A DNA stretch of 64,000 nucleotides from an uncultured Pseudomonadota bacterium (GCA_964493325.1 CAZBMD010000005.1:779-64778), one strand, 5' to 3'. Shown: positions 1-10,546, counted from the first letter of the stretch. Numbers and translations: made by a program. The notes: generated by a model from the sequence alone, not told the origin.

Positions 1-520
1 ACATTCTATCATCGGCAAGAGCCAAATTACTTCCAAGAATAATTTGGCCGTTATTCATAGCAATATCTGTATTTAAAGCACTTTGAACAGAAACTGTCAG
101 CTCACTCAAGTGATGAGTTAGATTAATGGCATCTGTATTCGTAAAAAGAGGTTGCCCTTCAAGCTTATTTCCATTACGAATAACAGTAATTTTTTGAGCA
201 AAATCGCCAGCATCAGTACGAAGCTGCTGATTTTGAGTAAGCGTAATTTGACGAGCAGCATCGCCATCATACGCACCGGTCATCAAGGCAGGAGTTCCGC
301 TCGTATTTAAAATACCACTAGAGAATAAAATAGGAGAACCAGTAATAGCACCTGTACGCTCAAGCGTCCCATTCCACCCAATAATTGGCTGATTAACGAT
401 AAACTTTGATGACCCAACTTTTATAGTGGAATTTTGATGCGAGAATGTAATAGTCGGAAAAATCGATGTCCACGTACTTGCAATAGAGATCATTATCAAC
501 AGACTAAACCGTCTACACAT
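1..520 (-). CDS. 5' part of a secreted CTM-family paralog, propeller-less subtype; the gene runs off the window start
   Basis: Absent from the ORF track because the window edge truncates it. My translation from ATG 520..518 is open to position 1: MCRRFSLLIMISIASTWTSIFPTITFSHQNSTIKVGSS... The segment 'GAYDGDAARQITL..ITVIRNGNKLEGQPLF..MNNGQIILGSNLALADD' aligns with 'GAYLPGTDNIIHL..INIKNGNNRLEGEILL..LNGGTLYLEENLSFVDG' of the 9043..10533 protein. Confidence 0.6.
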   Translation of the reverse strand, partial: MCRRFSLLIMISIASTWTSIFPTITFSHQNSTIKVGSSKFIVNQPIIGWNGTLERTGAITGSPILFSSGILNTSGTPALMTGAYDGDAARQITLTQNQQLRTDAGDFAQKITVIRNGNKLEGQPLFTNTDAINLTHHLSELTVSVQSALNTDIAMNNGQIILGSNLALADDRM

Positions 521-697
521 CTCTTCCCCTTTTACAGTTTCTATCTTAATTTTATCTGTTTATTATCATCATACAGCCAATTGCTCATGGCCGTATTTTC
601 CTACCAAGACTAAAATTGTTGATGCCTGATGGTCAATATTTTCTCAAATTGACTACGCGTTATGTTGATCTTAAGACACTTCTTCGCATAATCTTTT

Positions 698-2758
698 TTA
701 AATTAATTTTATACGCCCAAAAAGATCTAATACTGCATTCCCCAATAATCGAATGTTTAAATCAGATTTTAGGCTGATTGCTTCACCATTATTTTTTGCC
801 TCACTGCTAAACGTAACTTTATCATCAATAATAAGCGTACCCTGAGCAAGCTGTATACCGGTCCTTGTTGAATGCAAGGTGCATCCATTTAAATACAAAA
901 TTGATGTCTGATCGGGCATATACAGCAAGTTGCTACGCGCGACCGTTGGTGCATAACTAAAAGTTACGCCGTTACTCAAAAGCAATGTTGATGCAGCGTT
1001 AATAGTGTTGGTAAAGCGTGTAGCCAAGGCGAATTTATGTGCTCCGGTAATAATAACATCCTCATCAAACTGCAATGAACCACGTGAGAAAGTATAATCA
1101 GCAGCAAGCGACAAGATGCTGCTTCTTACTGTAATACTGCCATTATCAGTCATGCATCTCAAATTTGAACCGGACAATCCCTGTACTTCGATATCTTCAA
1201 GAATCAACGACCCCCCAGGGCGAACAAACATTGATGAGACACTGCTTTGAATAGTCAATCGTTTACCCCGTCCATTGATTTTGCAGTTCCCTACAAAATA
1301 GGTAGGAACGGTAAAGATCATATCTGAATTCAACAATACCGTTGCGTCTTTAAACAAAAGAGTTGGATTAGCAAGCCCAGAGATAATAACATTACGGCCA
1401 CTATCTCCTCGAACAGTATACTGCCCACTGTGTGACCAATAAGCATCATTAACACTTGTTGCTGATGCAACTGTCTCAACTAAGTTAAGCGTTTTATTAC
1501 TTTGATCAAAAAAGTAAACCTTCATGTCCGAAGAAATTCCAGAATTTGTTCCAACTAACAAGTAAGAACCTGTTTGATCCCAATGCACTGATCGAACGGC
1601 TTTAGTTTCTCCCACACGAGCTGTTTGAACTTCTCTTAAATTTTGAGGCGAAAGCGAGTGCTCATAAATACGAAGTCGCTGAGATCCTGCATTAATACCA
1701 ACAGCTACGTACGTCCCTGTTGGACTCCAATCAACATCATTAACCGTATTTCCAATCTCGGCGCTTGTGGTAATCGTAAGAGAAGTCCCGTTAAAAGAAA
1801 AGACGATAACTTCAGTTTCTCCAACCGTTGCTATACTAGAGGTTCCAATTACAAGATAATTCCCACCAGGAGCGAACGACATAGCTCCATTGCTCACCGT
1901 TCTATTGGGGTTAAGATTGAATGGTGTTTGGTCTGTTAGTATGCCCGTTGTCTGATTAAAGGAATAGACAGGCAACTCTTGAGTTGTTTGGGTGTTCCCC
2001 CCAACCAAATAATTTCCAGATGGATGCCACGCAAGCGCAGACAAAGTTGATGCGCCATAGTCTCGAGTATCGACAACAGGCATTGTTCCATTGTATAAAT
2101 TTAATTTATAAATCCGCAGCTCTTCAGTAGATCCGCCAACTCGACCAAAAGCTAAAAATAATTTTGATGGATGCCACGCAACAGCTAAAGCATGTCGCCC
2201 AATCTCGATTGATTGAGTGGTTGTCATTGTTGCACCATCAAAATAATAAACCTTAAGCTCTTGCCCTCCACCGCTGTTATTAGTTGCTGCAGCAATATAT
2301 TGATCATCAAATGACCAGTGCACGCCATTTACAGAAGAAGCTGCCACCTGAGATGCAAGAGTTGCAAGAGTCAAAGAAGATCCTGCGCCTGCATTTGGAA
2401 TTGATAATGTCGAAATATTTTTACTAAATTCAATTGAATGGTTATTTGCAAAAAATTTTCCAGCCGTTACCATGTTCAGCGTGTTACTAAAAACAAGGTC
2501 TTGCAACAGATAGAGAGAACCACCATTTATTCTCACTGCACCGGAAACAGGCTCAAAATTATCATAGGTACACGTAGTGACGTTACTCTCAAGGGTAAAA
2601 CCATTTTCAAAAATCGCATAACCAAGCATAGTATTATTTGTGTCAACAGCAGGGAATGTTGTTGGTCCTTGGCTTGAGACAACTGTTTTAGAACCAACAG
2701 ACACAGCCTCAAGACCGCTCATGCAGAACAACATAATTAAGAGATAGAATATTATCAT
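698..2758 (-). CDS. Secreted CTM-family protein: N-terminal cap, 7-blade WD40-like propeller, C-terminal CTM module
   Basis: Long ORF. I prefer ATG 2758 (MIIFYLLIMLFCMSGLEA...), which is preceded by GCAGGAGAAAAAAGGGTT, over the track start 2827, which overlaps the upstream gene. Propeller blades such as 'WHPSGNYLV', 'WSPTGTYVAVG' and 'HWDQTGSYLLVG'. CTM landmarks CKINGRGKR, VRPGG, NLRCMT, YTFSRGS, FSYAP, LNGCTLHSTRTG. Confidence 0.85.
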   Translation of the reverse strand: MIIFYLLIMLFCMSGLEAVSVGSKTVVSSQGPTTFPAVDTNNTMLGYAIFENGFTLESNVTTCTYDNFEPVSGAVRINGGSLYLLQDLVFSNTLNMVTAGKFFANNHSIEFSKNISTLSIPNAGAGSSLTLATLASQVAASSVNGVHWSFDDQYIAAATNNSGGGQELKVYYFDGATMTTTQSIEIGRHALAVAWHPSKLFLAFGRVGGSTEELRIYKLNLYNGTMPVVDTRDYGASTLSALAWHPSGNYLVGGNTQTTQELPVYSFNQTTGILTDQTPFNLNPNRTVSNGAMSFAPGGNYLVIGTSSIATVGETEVIVFSFNGTSLTITTSAEIGNTVNDVDWSPTGTYVAVGINAGSQRLRIYEHSLSPQNLREVQTARVGETKAVRSVHWDQTGSYLLVGTNSGISSDMKVYFFDQSNKTLNLVETVASATSVNDAYWSHSGQYTVRGDSGRNVIISGLANPTLLFKDATVLLNSDMIFTVPTYFVGNCKINGRGKRLTIQSSVSSMFVRPGGSLILEDIEVQGLSGSNLRCMTDNGSITVRSSILSLAADYTFSRGSLQFDEDVIITGAHKFALATRFTNTINAASTLLLSNGVTFSYAPTVARSNLLYMPDQTSILYLNGCTLHSTRTGIQLAQGTLIIDDKVTFSSEAKNNGEAISLKSDLNIRLLGNAVLDLFGRIKLI

Positions 2759-2783
2759 AACCCTTTTTTCTCCTGCACAATTC

Positions 2784-4880
2784 TTAGCCATATACCACAC
2801 GACCAAATAGTTCCAACGAAGCCCCACCTCTCACGCGAATATCTAAATTTGAATTCAGGCGCAGCGCCTCAGCATTAAATTTTGCTTCGCTGCTCATGGT
2901 CACTTTGTCATCAAGCGTCAAAATACCGTCACTCAAAGACAGCCCTGTTCGTGTTGAATGGAGCGTACATCCATTCAGATAAAGCTCTGAAGTTGCATCA
3001 GCCATGTACAGCAAATTTTGGACAGCTCTAAGCGGAGCGTAACTAAACGTCACGTCGTGATCAAAAAATAATGTTGATGCTGAAGCAATAGTGCTCGAAA
3101 GTTTTGAGGTATAATTTAATTTATTGGTTCCCGTAAGAACCACATTCTCAGCAAAAAGAAGCGACCCTTGCGAAAAAGTATACTCTCGCGCTAATGTAAG
3201 AATAGTATTCCGCAGCGTGATAGCACCATTGTTGGTCATGCACCTCAAATTCGAAGATCCTATCCCTTGAATTTCAGCATCTTCGATAGTCAATGTAGCG
3301 CCGGGTCGAACAATAAAACTTCCAGAACTCAAATTAATGCGCTTTCCTCGACCATTAATTTTACACGTGCGCCTGAAATTTATGGGAGCCAAAATGTTAA
3401 CATCGGAATCAAGAACAAGGGTAATGTCGTTAAAAACCATGGGACAAAAACCATTGATAATAGTTGAAACCGCAACCACATCGATATTGCCAAGCGTCTC
3501 GTAGCCATGAGCAAGATATTTATTGTTACGCGACCACCTAACCATCATGACTTCTCCACCAATTTCTGGTGTATGGTCGCTCAATAATCGAATAAGTTTT
3601 TTATTAATTTTATCAAAATAATAGACGTCTAATTGTCGAAGCAAAGGGTCCGCATCAAGTCCAACGGCCAGATAGTTACCTGTTCTATCCCAATGCAAGG
3701 ACCACACAATACGCGATTCAGTGATGCGTGCACCAATAATCTCGCGCAAAGTTCCTGCAACCATTTCATACATACGAAGATTCGTTGTTCCACCGTTCAA
3801 ACCAGCAGCAATGAACGTTCCTGTAGGACACCAATCAACAGCTTGTACCGTATTGCCCACATCTAAACTCGTTGTCAAAGTTAGAGATCCATTAAATGAA
3901 TACACCAGCAGTTCGCTCACGTTGGTCGTTGCATTATTCAGAGCTCCGACAGCAAGCTGATTGCCTCCAGGAGCAAAGCTCAAAGCATCACGGCTCACAT
4001 AACTTGCAGTGGTCAAATTAGTTACTGTTCCTGCAGACAGTACAGCTGATGTTGCGGGATATACAATCAGCCGACCACTTGCGCCAACAAGTCCAGTTCC
4101 CGCTATCAAGTAATTCCCTGATGGATGCCAAATAACCGCGTTGACATCGCCAACGACATTCGCACCACTGACCACCGGCAATGTTCCATTGAAAACATTA
4201 TGCTGATAGGTGATGATTTCATTGCCGGCACCAATTAAACGACCTAACGCCAAAAATCGCTGTGTTGGATGCCAGCGCACCGATTGAACTCCAAACCCAA
4301 TATCAATTGATAACGTTGAAGTCAACGTTGTTCCATCAAAGTATCCAAGGTAAAAATCAGAACCTGCAGCATTCTCTGTGCCAACCGCTATGTAATCGTC
4401 GTTAATAGACCAATCAATCGATGTAACATCAAGAATTGTCGTAAAAGATGACAAGCCCGTACGAACAACGCAGGCAAGCCCAGGAAAATCAAAATCAGAA
4501 GAGCGCTTTGCAAGCTCAAAAGCATAAGTGTTTCCGTATACACTTCCACTCGAGACAAAGGTAGCCTGACTATCAAGAACAAGATCTTGCCTTAGATAAA
4601 GCGTCCCTCCGTTAAGCGTGATTGGGCCTGATACCGGTAAATAATTATTGTAAGTACATGTTACCGTTGCGTCTTGCAAGCCAAAACCGCTGTTAAAAGC
4701 AGCAAAACCAAGCACCGTATTATTGGTATCACTGGCTGGAAACTCGATATAATTTTGTACCGAAGGAGTTGTTTTTGAACCAACAACAACCGCTTGAATG
4801 GAGACCGTGAAAATAAAAATCTGGTAAATGAGTAAGCATAAGCAGGCGATTTTCGTGCTATAGAAAAAAGTCTTAACCAT
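2784..4880 (-). CDS. Secreted CTM-family protein (cap + propeller + CTM)
   Basis: 698-aa ORF with a signal-like N-terminus (KIACLCLLIYQIFIFTVSIQA). Its start ATG lies inside ATGGTTAA, which overlaps the stop of the upstream paralog by 8 nt. Same motif set as its neighbours. Confidence 0.9.
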   Translation of the reverse strand: MVKTFFYSTKIACLCLLIYQIFIFTVSIQAVVVGSKTTPSVQNYIEFPASDTNNTVLGFAAFNSGFGLQDATVTCTYNNYLPVSGPITLNGGTLYLRQDLVLDSQATFVSSGSVYGNTYAFELAKRSSDFDFPGLACVVRTGLSSFTTILDVTSIDWSINDDYIAVGTENAAGSDFYLGYFDGTTLTSTLSIDIGFGVQSVRWHPTQRFLALGRLIGAGNEIITYQHNVFNGTLPVVSGANVVGDVNAVIWHPSGNYLIAGTGLVGASGRLIVYPATSAVLSAGTVTNLTTASYVSRDALSFAPGGNQLAVGALNNATTNVSELLVYSFNGSLTLTTSLDVGNTVQAVDWCPTGTFIAAGLNGGTTNLRMYEMVAGTLREIIGARITESRIVWSLHWDRTGNYLAVGLDADPLLRQLDVYYFDKINKKLIRLLSDHTPEIGGEVMMVRWSRNNKYLAHGYETLGNIDVVAVSTIINGFCPMVFNDITLVLDSDVNILAPINFRRTCKINGRGKRINLSSGSFIVRPGATLTIEDAEIQGIGSSNLRCMTNNGAITLRNTILTLAREYTFSQGSLLFAENVVLTGTNKLNYTSKLSSTIASASTLFFDHDVTFSYAPLRAVQNLLYMADATSELYLNGCTLHSTRTGLSLSDGILTLDDKVTMSSEAKFNAEALRLNSNLDIRVRGGASLELFGRVVYG

Positions 4881-6960
4881 AAATCACCCGACCAAACAGT
4901 TCCAACGAAGCCCCACCTCTCACACGAATATCTAAATTTGAATTCAGTCGCAGCGCTTCGGCATTAAACTTTGCCTCGCTGCTCATGGTTACTTTGTCAT
5001 CAAGCGTCAAAATGCCATCACTCAAAGACAATCCTGTTCGTGTTGAATGGAGCGTACATCCATTCAGATATAGCTCAGATGTTGCATCAGCCATGTACAG
5101 CAAATTTTTGACAGCTCTAAGCGGAGCATAACTAAACGTCACATCATGATCCAAAAATAATGTTGATGCCGATGCAATGGTACTCGACAGTTTTGAGGTA
5201 TAGTTAAATTTATTGGTTCCCGTAAGAACAACATTTTCAGCAAAAAGAAGCGACCCTTGCGAAAAAGTATATTCTCGTGCAAGCGTTACTATGCTGTTTC
5301 GTAATATTATAGCGCCATCATTTGTCATACATCTCAAATTTGAAGATCCCATCCCTTGGATTTCAGCATCTTCTATAGTCAATGTAGCCCCAGGTCGCAC
5401 AATAAAACTACCTGCAGTCAAATTAATGCGCTTTCCTCGACCATTAATTTTACACGTGCGCCTGAAATTTATGGGAGCCAAAATGTTAACATCGGAATCA
5501 AGAACAAGGGTAATGTCGTTAAAAACCATGGGACAAAATCCCTTAAAAACGCTCATCACAGTTGCAAGATCTTGTATAACATTTGTTTCATGACCAAGAG
5601 CAAGATGATTATCATTGTGAGACCACCTTACAATCATTGGTTCTCCTTCTGTAACAGGAGGAAAGTCTTTCAAGAGACGAACGAATTGTTTATTAATTTT
5701 ATCAAAATAAAAAATATCAACTTGTTTTGTTAATGAAAAAGCAAAATAACCAACTGCCAAATAATTTCCATTTTTACTCCAATGCAAAGATTGAACTATT
5801 CTAGACTCTGGTATACGCGCACTAAGAATTTCTCGCAATGCACTACCAACTATTTCATACAAACGCAAATTGGACGTTCCACCGCTCAATCCTGCGGCAA
5901 TAAAAGTTCCAGTTGGGCACCAATCTACAGATGCAACAGTATTTCCAGTGTCTAAACTTGTGGTAAGAGTCAAAGCGCCATTAAATGAATAAACCAAAAG
6001 TTCACTTATATTGGTTGTTGCATTATTAATAGCACCAACGGCAAGCATATTACCACCAGGAGAAAAACTTAGAGCATTACTACTGACAAAACTTGACGCT
6101 GGCAAATTTATCACCGTCCCTGCTGAGAGGACGGCTGACGAAGCTGGATAGACAATCAATTGACCGTTACCTCCAACAAGCCCCGTACCTGCAATTAAAA
6201 AATTTCCCGATGGATGCCAACAAACGGCATTAACATCGCCACCAACATTAGCCCCACTAACAACCGATAATGTCCCATTAAAAATCTTATGCTGGTATGT
6301 AATTATTTCGTTACCAGCATTCTGTAGTCGAGATGCTGCTAAAAAACGCTGCGTAGGGTGCCATCTTACAGATTGAAAATCTGTTCCGGCATTAATAGAC
6401 AATGTTGATGTTAAAGTCGTTCCATTAAAATAACCTAGATATAATTCTGGCCCAGATGCATTATAGGTGCTAAAACAAAGGTAATCATCGTTAAATGACC
6501 AATCTAGCGAAGTTAAATCATCTTGAACTTCAAATGAAGTCACACCCGTCTGTACAATGCAAGCAAGTCCCGGAAAATCAAAGTCTAAAGGTCGCTTGGC
6601 AAGCTCAAGCGAGTAATTATTGCCAAAGATCCTGCCGCTTGAAACAAGCTGAGCTTGGCTATCTAGAATAAGATCTTGCCGAAGGTAGAGAGTTCCGCCG
6701 TTAAGCGTAACTATTGAAGAAACAGGTAGATAATTATTATATGTACAAGACGTTGTTACATCTTGCAAACCAAAACCACTATTAAAAGAAGCAAAACCAA
6801 GAGCCGTATTATTGGTATCACTTGCTGGAAATTCAACATAATTCTGTACCGAAGGAGTTGTTTTTGAACCAACAACAACAGCAAAAACCGACGAGCCTAA
6901 AACTAAAACGTAGCTTAAAAATAATAGCGATAATTTATTTTTTTTCACAATTTTTATCAT
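4873..6960 (-). CDS. Secreted CTM-family protein (cap + propeller + CTM)
   Basis: 695-aa ORF. ATGA start/stop overlap with the upstream paralog at 6957-6960. The last 222 aa are about 96% identical to those of the 2784..4880 protein. Confidence 0.9.
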   Translation of the reverse strand: MIKIVKKNKLSLLFLSYVLVLGSSVFAVVVGSKTTPSVQNYVEFPASDTNNTALGFASFNSGFGLQDVTTSCTYNNYLPVSSIVTLNGGTLYLRQDLILDSQAQLVSSGRIFGNNYSLELAKRPLDFDFPGLACIVQTGVTSFEVQDDLTSLDWSFNDDYLCFSTYNASGPELYLGYFNGTTLTSTLSINAGTDFQSVRWHPTQRFLAASRLQNAGNEIITYQHKIFNGTLSVVSGANVGGDVNAVCWHPSGNFLIAGTGLVGGNGQLIVYPASSAVLSAGTVINLPASSFVSSNALSFSPGGNMLAVGAINNATTNISELLVYSFNGALTLTTSLDTGNTVASVDWCPTGTFIAAGLSGGTSNLRLYEIVGSALREILSARIPESRIVQSLHWSKNGNYLAVGYFAFSLTKQVDIFYFDKINKQFVRLLKDFPPVTEGEPMIVRWSHNDNHLALGHETNVIQDLATVMSVFKGFCPMVFNDITLVLDSDVNILAPINFRRTCKINGRGKRINLTAGSFIVRPGATLTIEDAEIQGMGSSNLRCMTNDGAIILRNSIVTLAREYTFSQGSLLFAENVVLTGTNKFNYTSKLSSTIASASTLFLDHDVTFSYAPLRAVKNLLYMADATSELYLNGCTLHSTRTGLSLSDGILTLDDKVTMSSEAKFNAEALRLNSNLDIRVRGGASLELFGRVIYG

Positions 6961-9026
6961 GAGTCATATCTCACTTTTCCAAACAGCTCAAGCGTCGCTC
7001 CACTGAGCACTCGAATATCAAGATCTGTATTGAGTCGCAAACTCTCTGCATTATGCTTTGCTTCACTACTCATCGTTACTTTGTTATCAAGAAATAATTT
7101 ACCCGTTGATAAATGCAAGCCAGTACGAGTTGTATGAAGCGTACAACCATTCAGATACAAAATTGATGAGAGATCTTCCATGACTAAAAGATCTTGTCGA
7201 GCTCGCGCAGGCGCATAACTAAAAGTAATACCTTGATCTAAAAACAACATTGATTGTGATGCAATGGTACTCGAAAGACGTGTTGTATAATTAAATTTAT
7301 TAGTACCGGTGATAAAAACATCTTCATCAAAAAGAATTGAGCCCAAAGAAAAAGTGTAATCTCGAGAAAGCATTAATGAGCTGTTGCGCAGCGTGATAGC
7401 AGAAGAATTTGTAAGACACCGAAGATTAAAATCACTAATATTTTCAAGCATCACATCTTCAAAAATTAGCCTTGAACCCGGACGAACAACTAATGTGCTA
7501 CCAGGGTCAAACGCCATGCGTTTACCTTGGCCGTTGATTTTGCATGATCCTTGGAAGTGCAACGTTGTTGTTACCACAATGTCACTGTTACACAAAAGCG
7601 TTGTATCTTTAAAAATCAGTGGTGCAAATTTTAATCGATTAGTTTCTTCAACGCGCAACGTAAGCGTTGGGATAAAATAAGCAAAGTAATTATTATTTCT
7701 CGACCAGCGCGACCCTTTAATATCTCCCGCAACATCAAAAGCGCGAAGCGGTGTAAGCTTTTTGGTTGTTTTATCGAAAGAAAAAAGTTCAAATTCAGGA
7801 CCAGTGCCGGTAAGTATACTAACCAAAAGATAGGTTCCTGATCGATCCCAGTGAACGGTGTGCACCGATTTTGATTCGGTCACACGAGCACTCTGAACTT
7901 CTTGAATAGTTCCACTAGAGGCATCGTACACGCGAATATTCGTTGTTCCGCCTGCAAGGCCTACCGCAATGTATGACCCTGATGGCGACCAATCAAGCGT
8001 ATTAACAGCAAGACCTATCTCGGCAGACGAGGTGAGCGTAAGAGATCCTCCGCTAAACGAGAAAATTAAAATCTCGGTACCTGCATTTACCGCGGCCGAT
8101 GCTGCAAGTTGATTATTACCTGGGCTAAAAGACATCGATGCAAAAGAACGAACTGGACTTGCAATGAAAGTTACAGGCGAACCAAGTACTCCGCTTGGAG
8201 CTGGATATGTAAGAATTGTTCCAACCGTTGTTGCAGCAACAACATAATTGGCAGGATGCCATACAACGGCGGTAATATCTCCCGTTGCAATGCTTGCCCC
8301 GCTAATAACAGGGATAGTTCCATTCCACGAGCGATGCTCATACACGATAAGTTCATTACCAGCAATAGTACTACTGCCAACAGCAAGATAGCGCAGCGTT
8401 GGATGCCAAGAAAGAGCGTTAATAGCAACAGTAGATGCAACCGAAAGAGTGTTAGTCAGGGTGTTACCATCAAAATAGGTAATGACCAATTCTGGGCCCG
8501 CGTTCACCGCATACCCACTTGCAATATATCTATTGGTCACATCCCAATCAAGCGCGTTCAGTGCACCTGTTTGCACAATACTAGCAGCAAAGTTGTAGGT
8601 CATATCTTTTTCTACAAAATTGAAATCGGTTACTTTTTGAGGCAGTACAATGGCACGGCTATTGCCTTCAATAATCCCACCGGTCATAAACGTAAGATCT
8701 GAATCTAAAATAAGGTCTTGAGCCAGTGTAAGTCGACCCCCATTGAGACGAAAAACCTCAGACACACTTTCAAAATCATTGTACGTACAGGTTGTTGTTC
8801 GGTCTTGAAGCTTGAACCCATCTTCAAATTTGGCAAAACCAAGCATTGTATTATTTGTGTCTGTTGATGGAAAAATCGTAAAAGTCTGACTGGACGGTGT
8901 TGAATTTGAGCCAACAACAACAGCTTGAACTGAGCTTGATACAATAAGCACAACGCTCATAAAAAACAAAGCTTGAACTCTTTGTTTTTTATTGAAAAAA
9001 CGAATTTTTGACCTAAAAAAATTCAT
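6957..9026 (-). CDS. Secreted CTM-family protein (cap + propeller + CTM)
   Basis: 689-aa ORF with a signal-like N-terminus (ALFFMSVVLIVSSSVQA). Blades such as 'WHPTLRYLAVG', 'WSPSGSYIAVG' and 'HWDRSGTYLLVS'. CTM landmarks CKINGQGKR, VRPGS, NLRCLT, YTFSLGS, FSYAP, LNGCTLHTTRTG. Confidence 0.9.
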   Translation of the reverse strand: MNFFRSKIRFFNKKQRVQALFFMSVVLIVSSSVQAVVVGSNSTPSSQTFTIFPSTDTNNTMLGFAKFEDGFKLQDRTTTCTYNDFESVSEVFRLNGGRLTLAQDLILDSDLTFMTGGIIEGNSRAIVLPQKVTDFNFVEKDMTYNFAASIVQTGALNALDWDVTNRYIASGYAVNAGPELVITYFDGNTLTNTLSVASTVAINALSWHPTLRYLAVGSSTIAGNELIVYEHRSWNGTIPVISGASIATGDITAVVWHPANYVVAATTVGTILTYPAPSGVLGSPVTFIASPVRSFASMSFSPGNNQLAASAAVNAGTEILIFSFSGGSLTLTSSAEIGLAVNTLDWSPSGSYIAVGLAGGTTNIRVYDASSGTIQEVQSARVTESKSVHTVHWDRSGTYLLVSILTGTGPEFELFSFDKTTKKLTPLRAFDVAGDIKGSRWSRNNNYFAYFIPTLTLRVEETNRLKFAPLIFKDTTLLCNSDIVVTTTLHFQGSCKINGQGKRMAFDPGSTLVVRPGSRLIFEDVMLENISDFNLRCLTNSSAITLRNSSLMLSRDYTFSLGSILFDEDVFITGTNKFNYTTRLSSTIASQSMLFLDQGITFSYAPARARQDLLVMEDLSSILYLNGCTLHTTRTGLHLSTGKLFLDNKVTMSSEAKHNAESLRLNTDLDIRVLSGATLELFGKVRYDS

Positions 9027-9042
9027 TACCGTCGATCCTTAC

Positions 9043-10533
9043 CTACGTTGCACTAAAAATTTCAATCGAACCGTCCAAATAGTTAGGGCCAGCTTGCAGG
9101 AGCGTTGCTGTTTGCTCAATGCGTAAACGACCCAGACCAAGATACATTGGCTGACAAAGTTTAAGCAACGATGCTGCATTAACCGTTAATGTCGACAAAG
9201 AGTTATACATTTTCCAAGATGATGGAGCTACGTTCTTGTAAATCAGATATCCAGAATTGAGGCTAAGTAAGCCTCCGGGCAATAGTTCACAGGAAAAATC
9301 TTCGCCGGCATCAGATCCAAAAGTTAGCCCCTGCTCTATAACTCTGTAGTTTACAGGGTCTCTGAGCATTTCAACGTAAACATTGGCAAGTCCCTGAACA
9401 ACAAGTTTACCGTTTTTCAGTGCCATACCAGTACTCGTTACATGAAGCGACGCACCACTGCTCATAAAAATAGACGAACTATCATTTACAAAAGCAAGGT
9501 TATCAATCTTCGGGGTTGTAAAGTCAACACTAAACGTCATATTATTAGTCAGATGTAACAGAGAGTTAGCGTTGACGGTACAGGTAGCTGTTGGTTGAAA
9601 AACAAAAGTTTGAGAGCCAATTAGATCGAGTGTTCCAATGACCTCAAACGCTCCAGTACCAAAAGTATATTCACCGCTTTGCACCAGGGCAGCATTCTGA
9701 AATATAATTTTTCCAGCATTATCAAGACAACGCAAATTTGAACCTGCAACATCCTGTAAAATAATATTTTTTAATAATAATGTAGCTCCGCGCTCAACGA
9801 CAATGTTCCCATAATTGCCTAAGTTCAGAATATTGCCATTCCCAATAATTGTGCTATTCCTACCACTAAACGTCCATGTTTGCGCAAGATTGAGAGTCGC
9901 TTTAAGTTCAATATCATTCCCGTTATCAAAATAAATTGAGCCGTTCCATGTCATCTCCTTAGCACCTAAGACAATTTTTCGTCCGTTGCACAATACCGTT
10001 CCATGACAAAGAAGCATTTGACCATCAACAAAACTCAAGTTTTCTTCTAGATAAAGGGTGCCCCCATTAAGCTCAATACTTTTTGCAAGGCTGCGCGTAA
10101 TCGCACACGTTAAGCTTGCATTTTCATCAAAGAATATGATGTTATTGCTCAATAAAATCTCGCCTTCTAAGCGATTGTTGCCATTTTTAATGTTAATTTC
10201 TTGAGCAATTTGTTTACCGGTTCCTTTAAATCGCTTATCACCATCAAGATGAATAATATTATCTGTTCCTGGTAAATAAGCTCCTACCAAAAACATTCTA
10301 TTTCCTGAGTCCTCAAAAATACCTTTATTAAATTGTATTTTTTGACCCGAAATTTCCGCGCCACTCTCCTTAGTCACATGCCCTTTGCACTCTGGAATTG
10401 TTTTTTCAAGAACTAAGCCAGCACCTTCAGCAACTCGAAATCCAGCAGTGGTACTTCTAAAATTTATTAATGCAAAGCTAGATGCATATGACATGCAAAG
10501 AGCAAGTAAAAAAATAATATTTTTTCTATTCAT
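9043..10533 (-). CDS. Secreted CTM-family protein, propeller-less subtype
   Basis: I prefer ATG 10533 (MNRKNIIFLLALCMSYASSFA), which sits 13 nt after the upstream stop and is preceded by AAAAAGGGGGGAG. 'LNGGTLYLEENL' is followed directly by a CTM-like module (IIGNGNIL, NLRCLDNAGKI, EYTFGTGA, ...LNSGYLIYKN). Confidence 0.85.
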   Translation of the reverse strand: MNRKNIIFLLALCMSYASSFALINFRSTTAGFRVAEGAGLVLEKTIPECKGHVTKESGAEISGQKIQFNKGIFEDSGNRMFLVGAYLPGTDNIIHLDGDKRFKGTGKQIAQEINIKNGNNRLEGEILLSNNIIFFDENASLTCAITRSLAKSIELNGGTLYLEENLSFVDGQMLLCHGTVLCNGRKIVLGAKEMTWNGSIYFDNGNDIELKATLNLAQTWTFSGRNSTIIGNGNILNLGNYGNIVVERGATLLLKNIILQDVAGSNLRCLDNAGKIIFQNAALVQSGEYTFGTGAFEVIGTLDLIGSQTFVFQPTATCTVNANSLLHLTNNMTFSVDFTTPKIDNLAFVNDSSSIFMSSGASLHVTSTGMALKNGKLVVQGLANVYVEMLRDPVNYRVIEQGLTFGSDAGEDFSCELLPGGLLSLNSGYLIYKNVAPSSWKMYNSLSTLTVNAASLLKLCQPMYLGLGRLRIEQTATLLQAGPNYLDGSIEIFSAT

Positions 10534-10546
10534 TACTCCCCCCTTT

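Noticed and set aside
5213-5733. Plus-strand ORFs of 125-126 aa inside the CTM paralogs. Others occur at 3267..3467, 7384..7680, 8109..8702 and 13080..13760.
   Set aside because: They are nested antisense within long genes that have clear paralog conservation. Their recurrence in neighbouring paralogs simply mirrors the duplicated DNA, for example 'NALSSTINFTRAPEIYGSQNVNIGIKNKGNVVKNHGTK' in two copies. They have no start context or motifs.
6938-10543. Homopolymer tracts at the 5' ends of CTM genes as possible phase-variation switches. They are A8 in codons 5-8 of the 4873..6960 gene (T8 at 6938-6945 on the plus strand), T7 right after the ATG of the 6957..9026 gene (9015-9021), and G6 in the SD region of the 9043..10533 gene (10538-10543).
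   Set aside because: A/T runs of 6-8 nt are frequent throughout this AT-rich window, including in housekeeping genes and spacers. A single sequence gives no evidence of length variation. This is only worth revisiting with population or read-level data.
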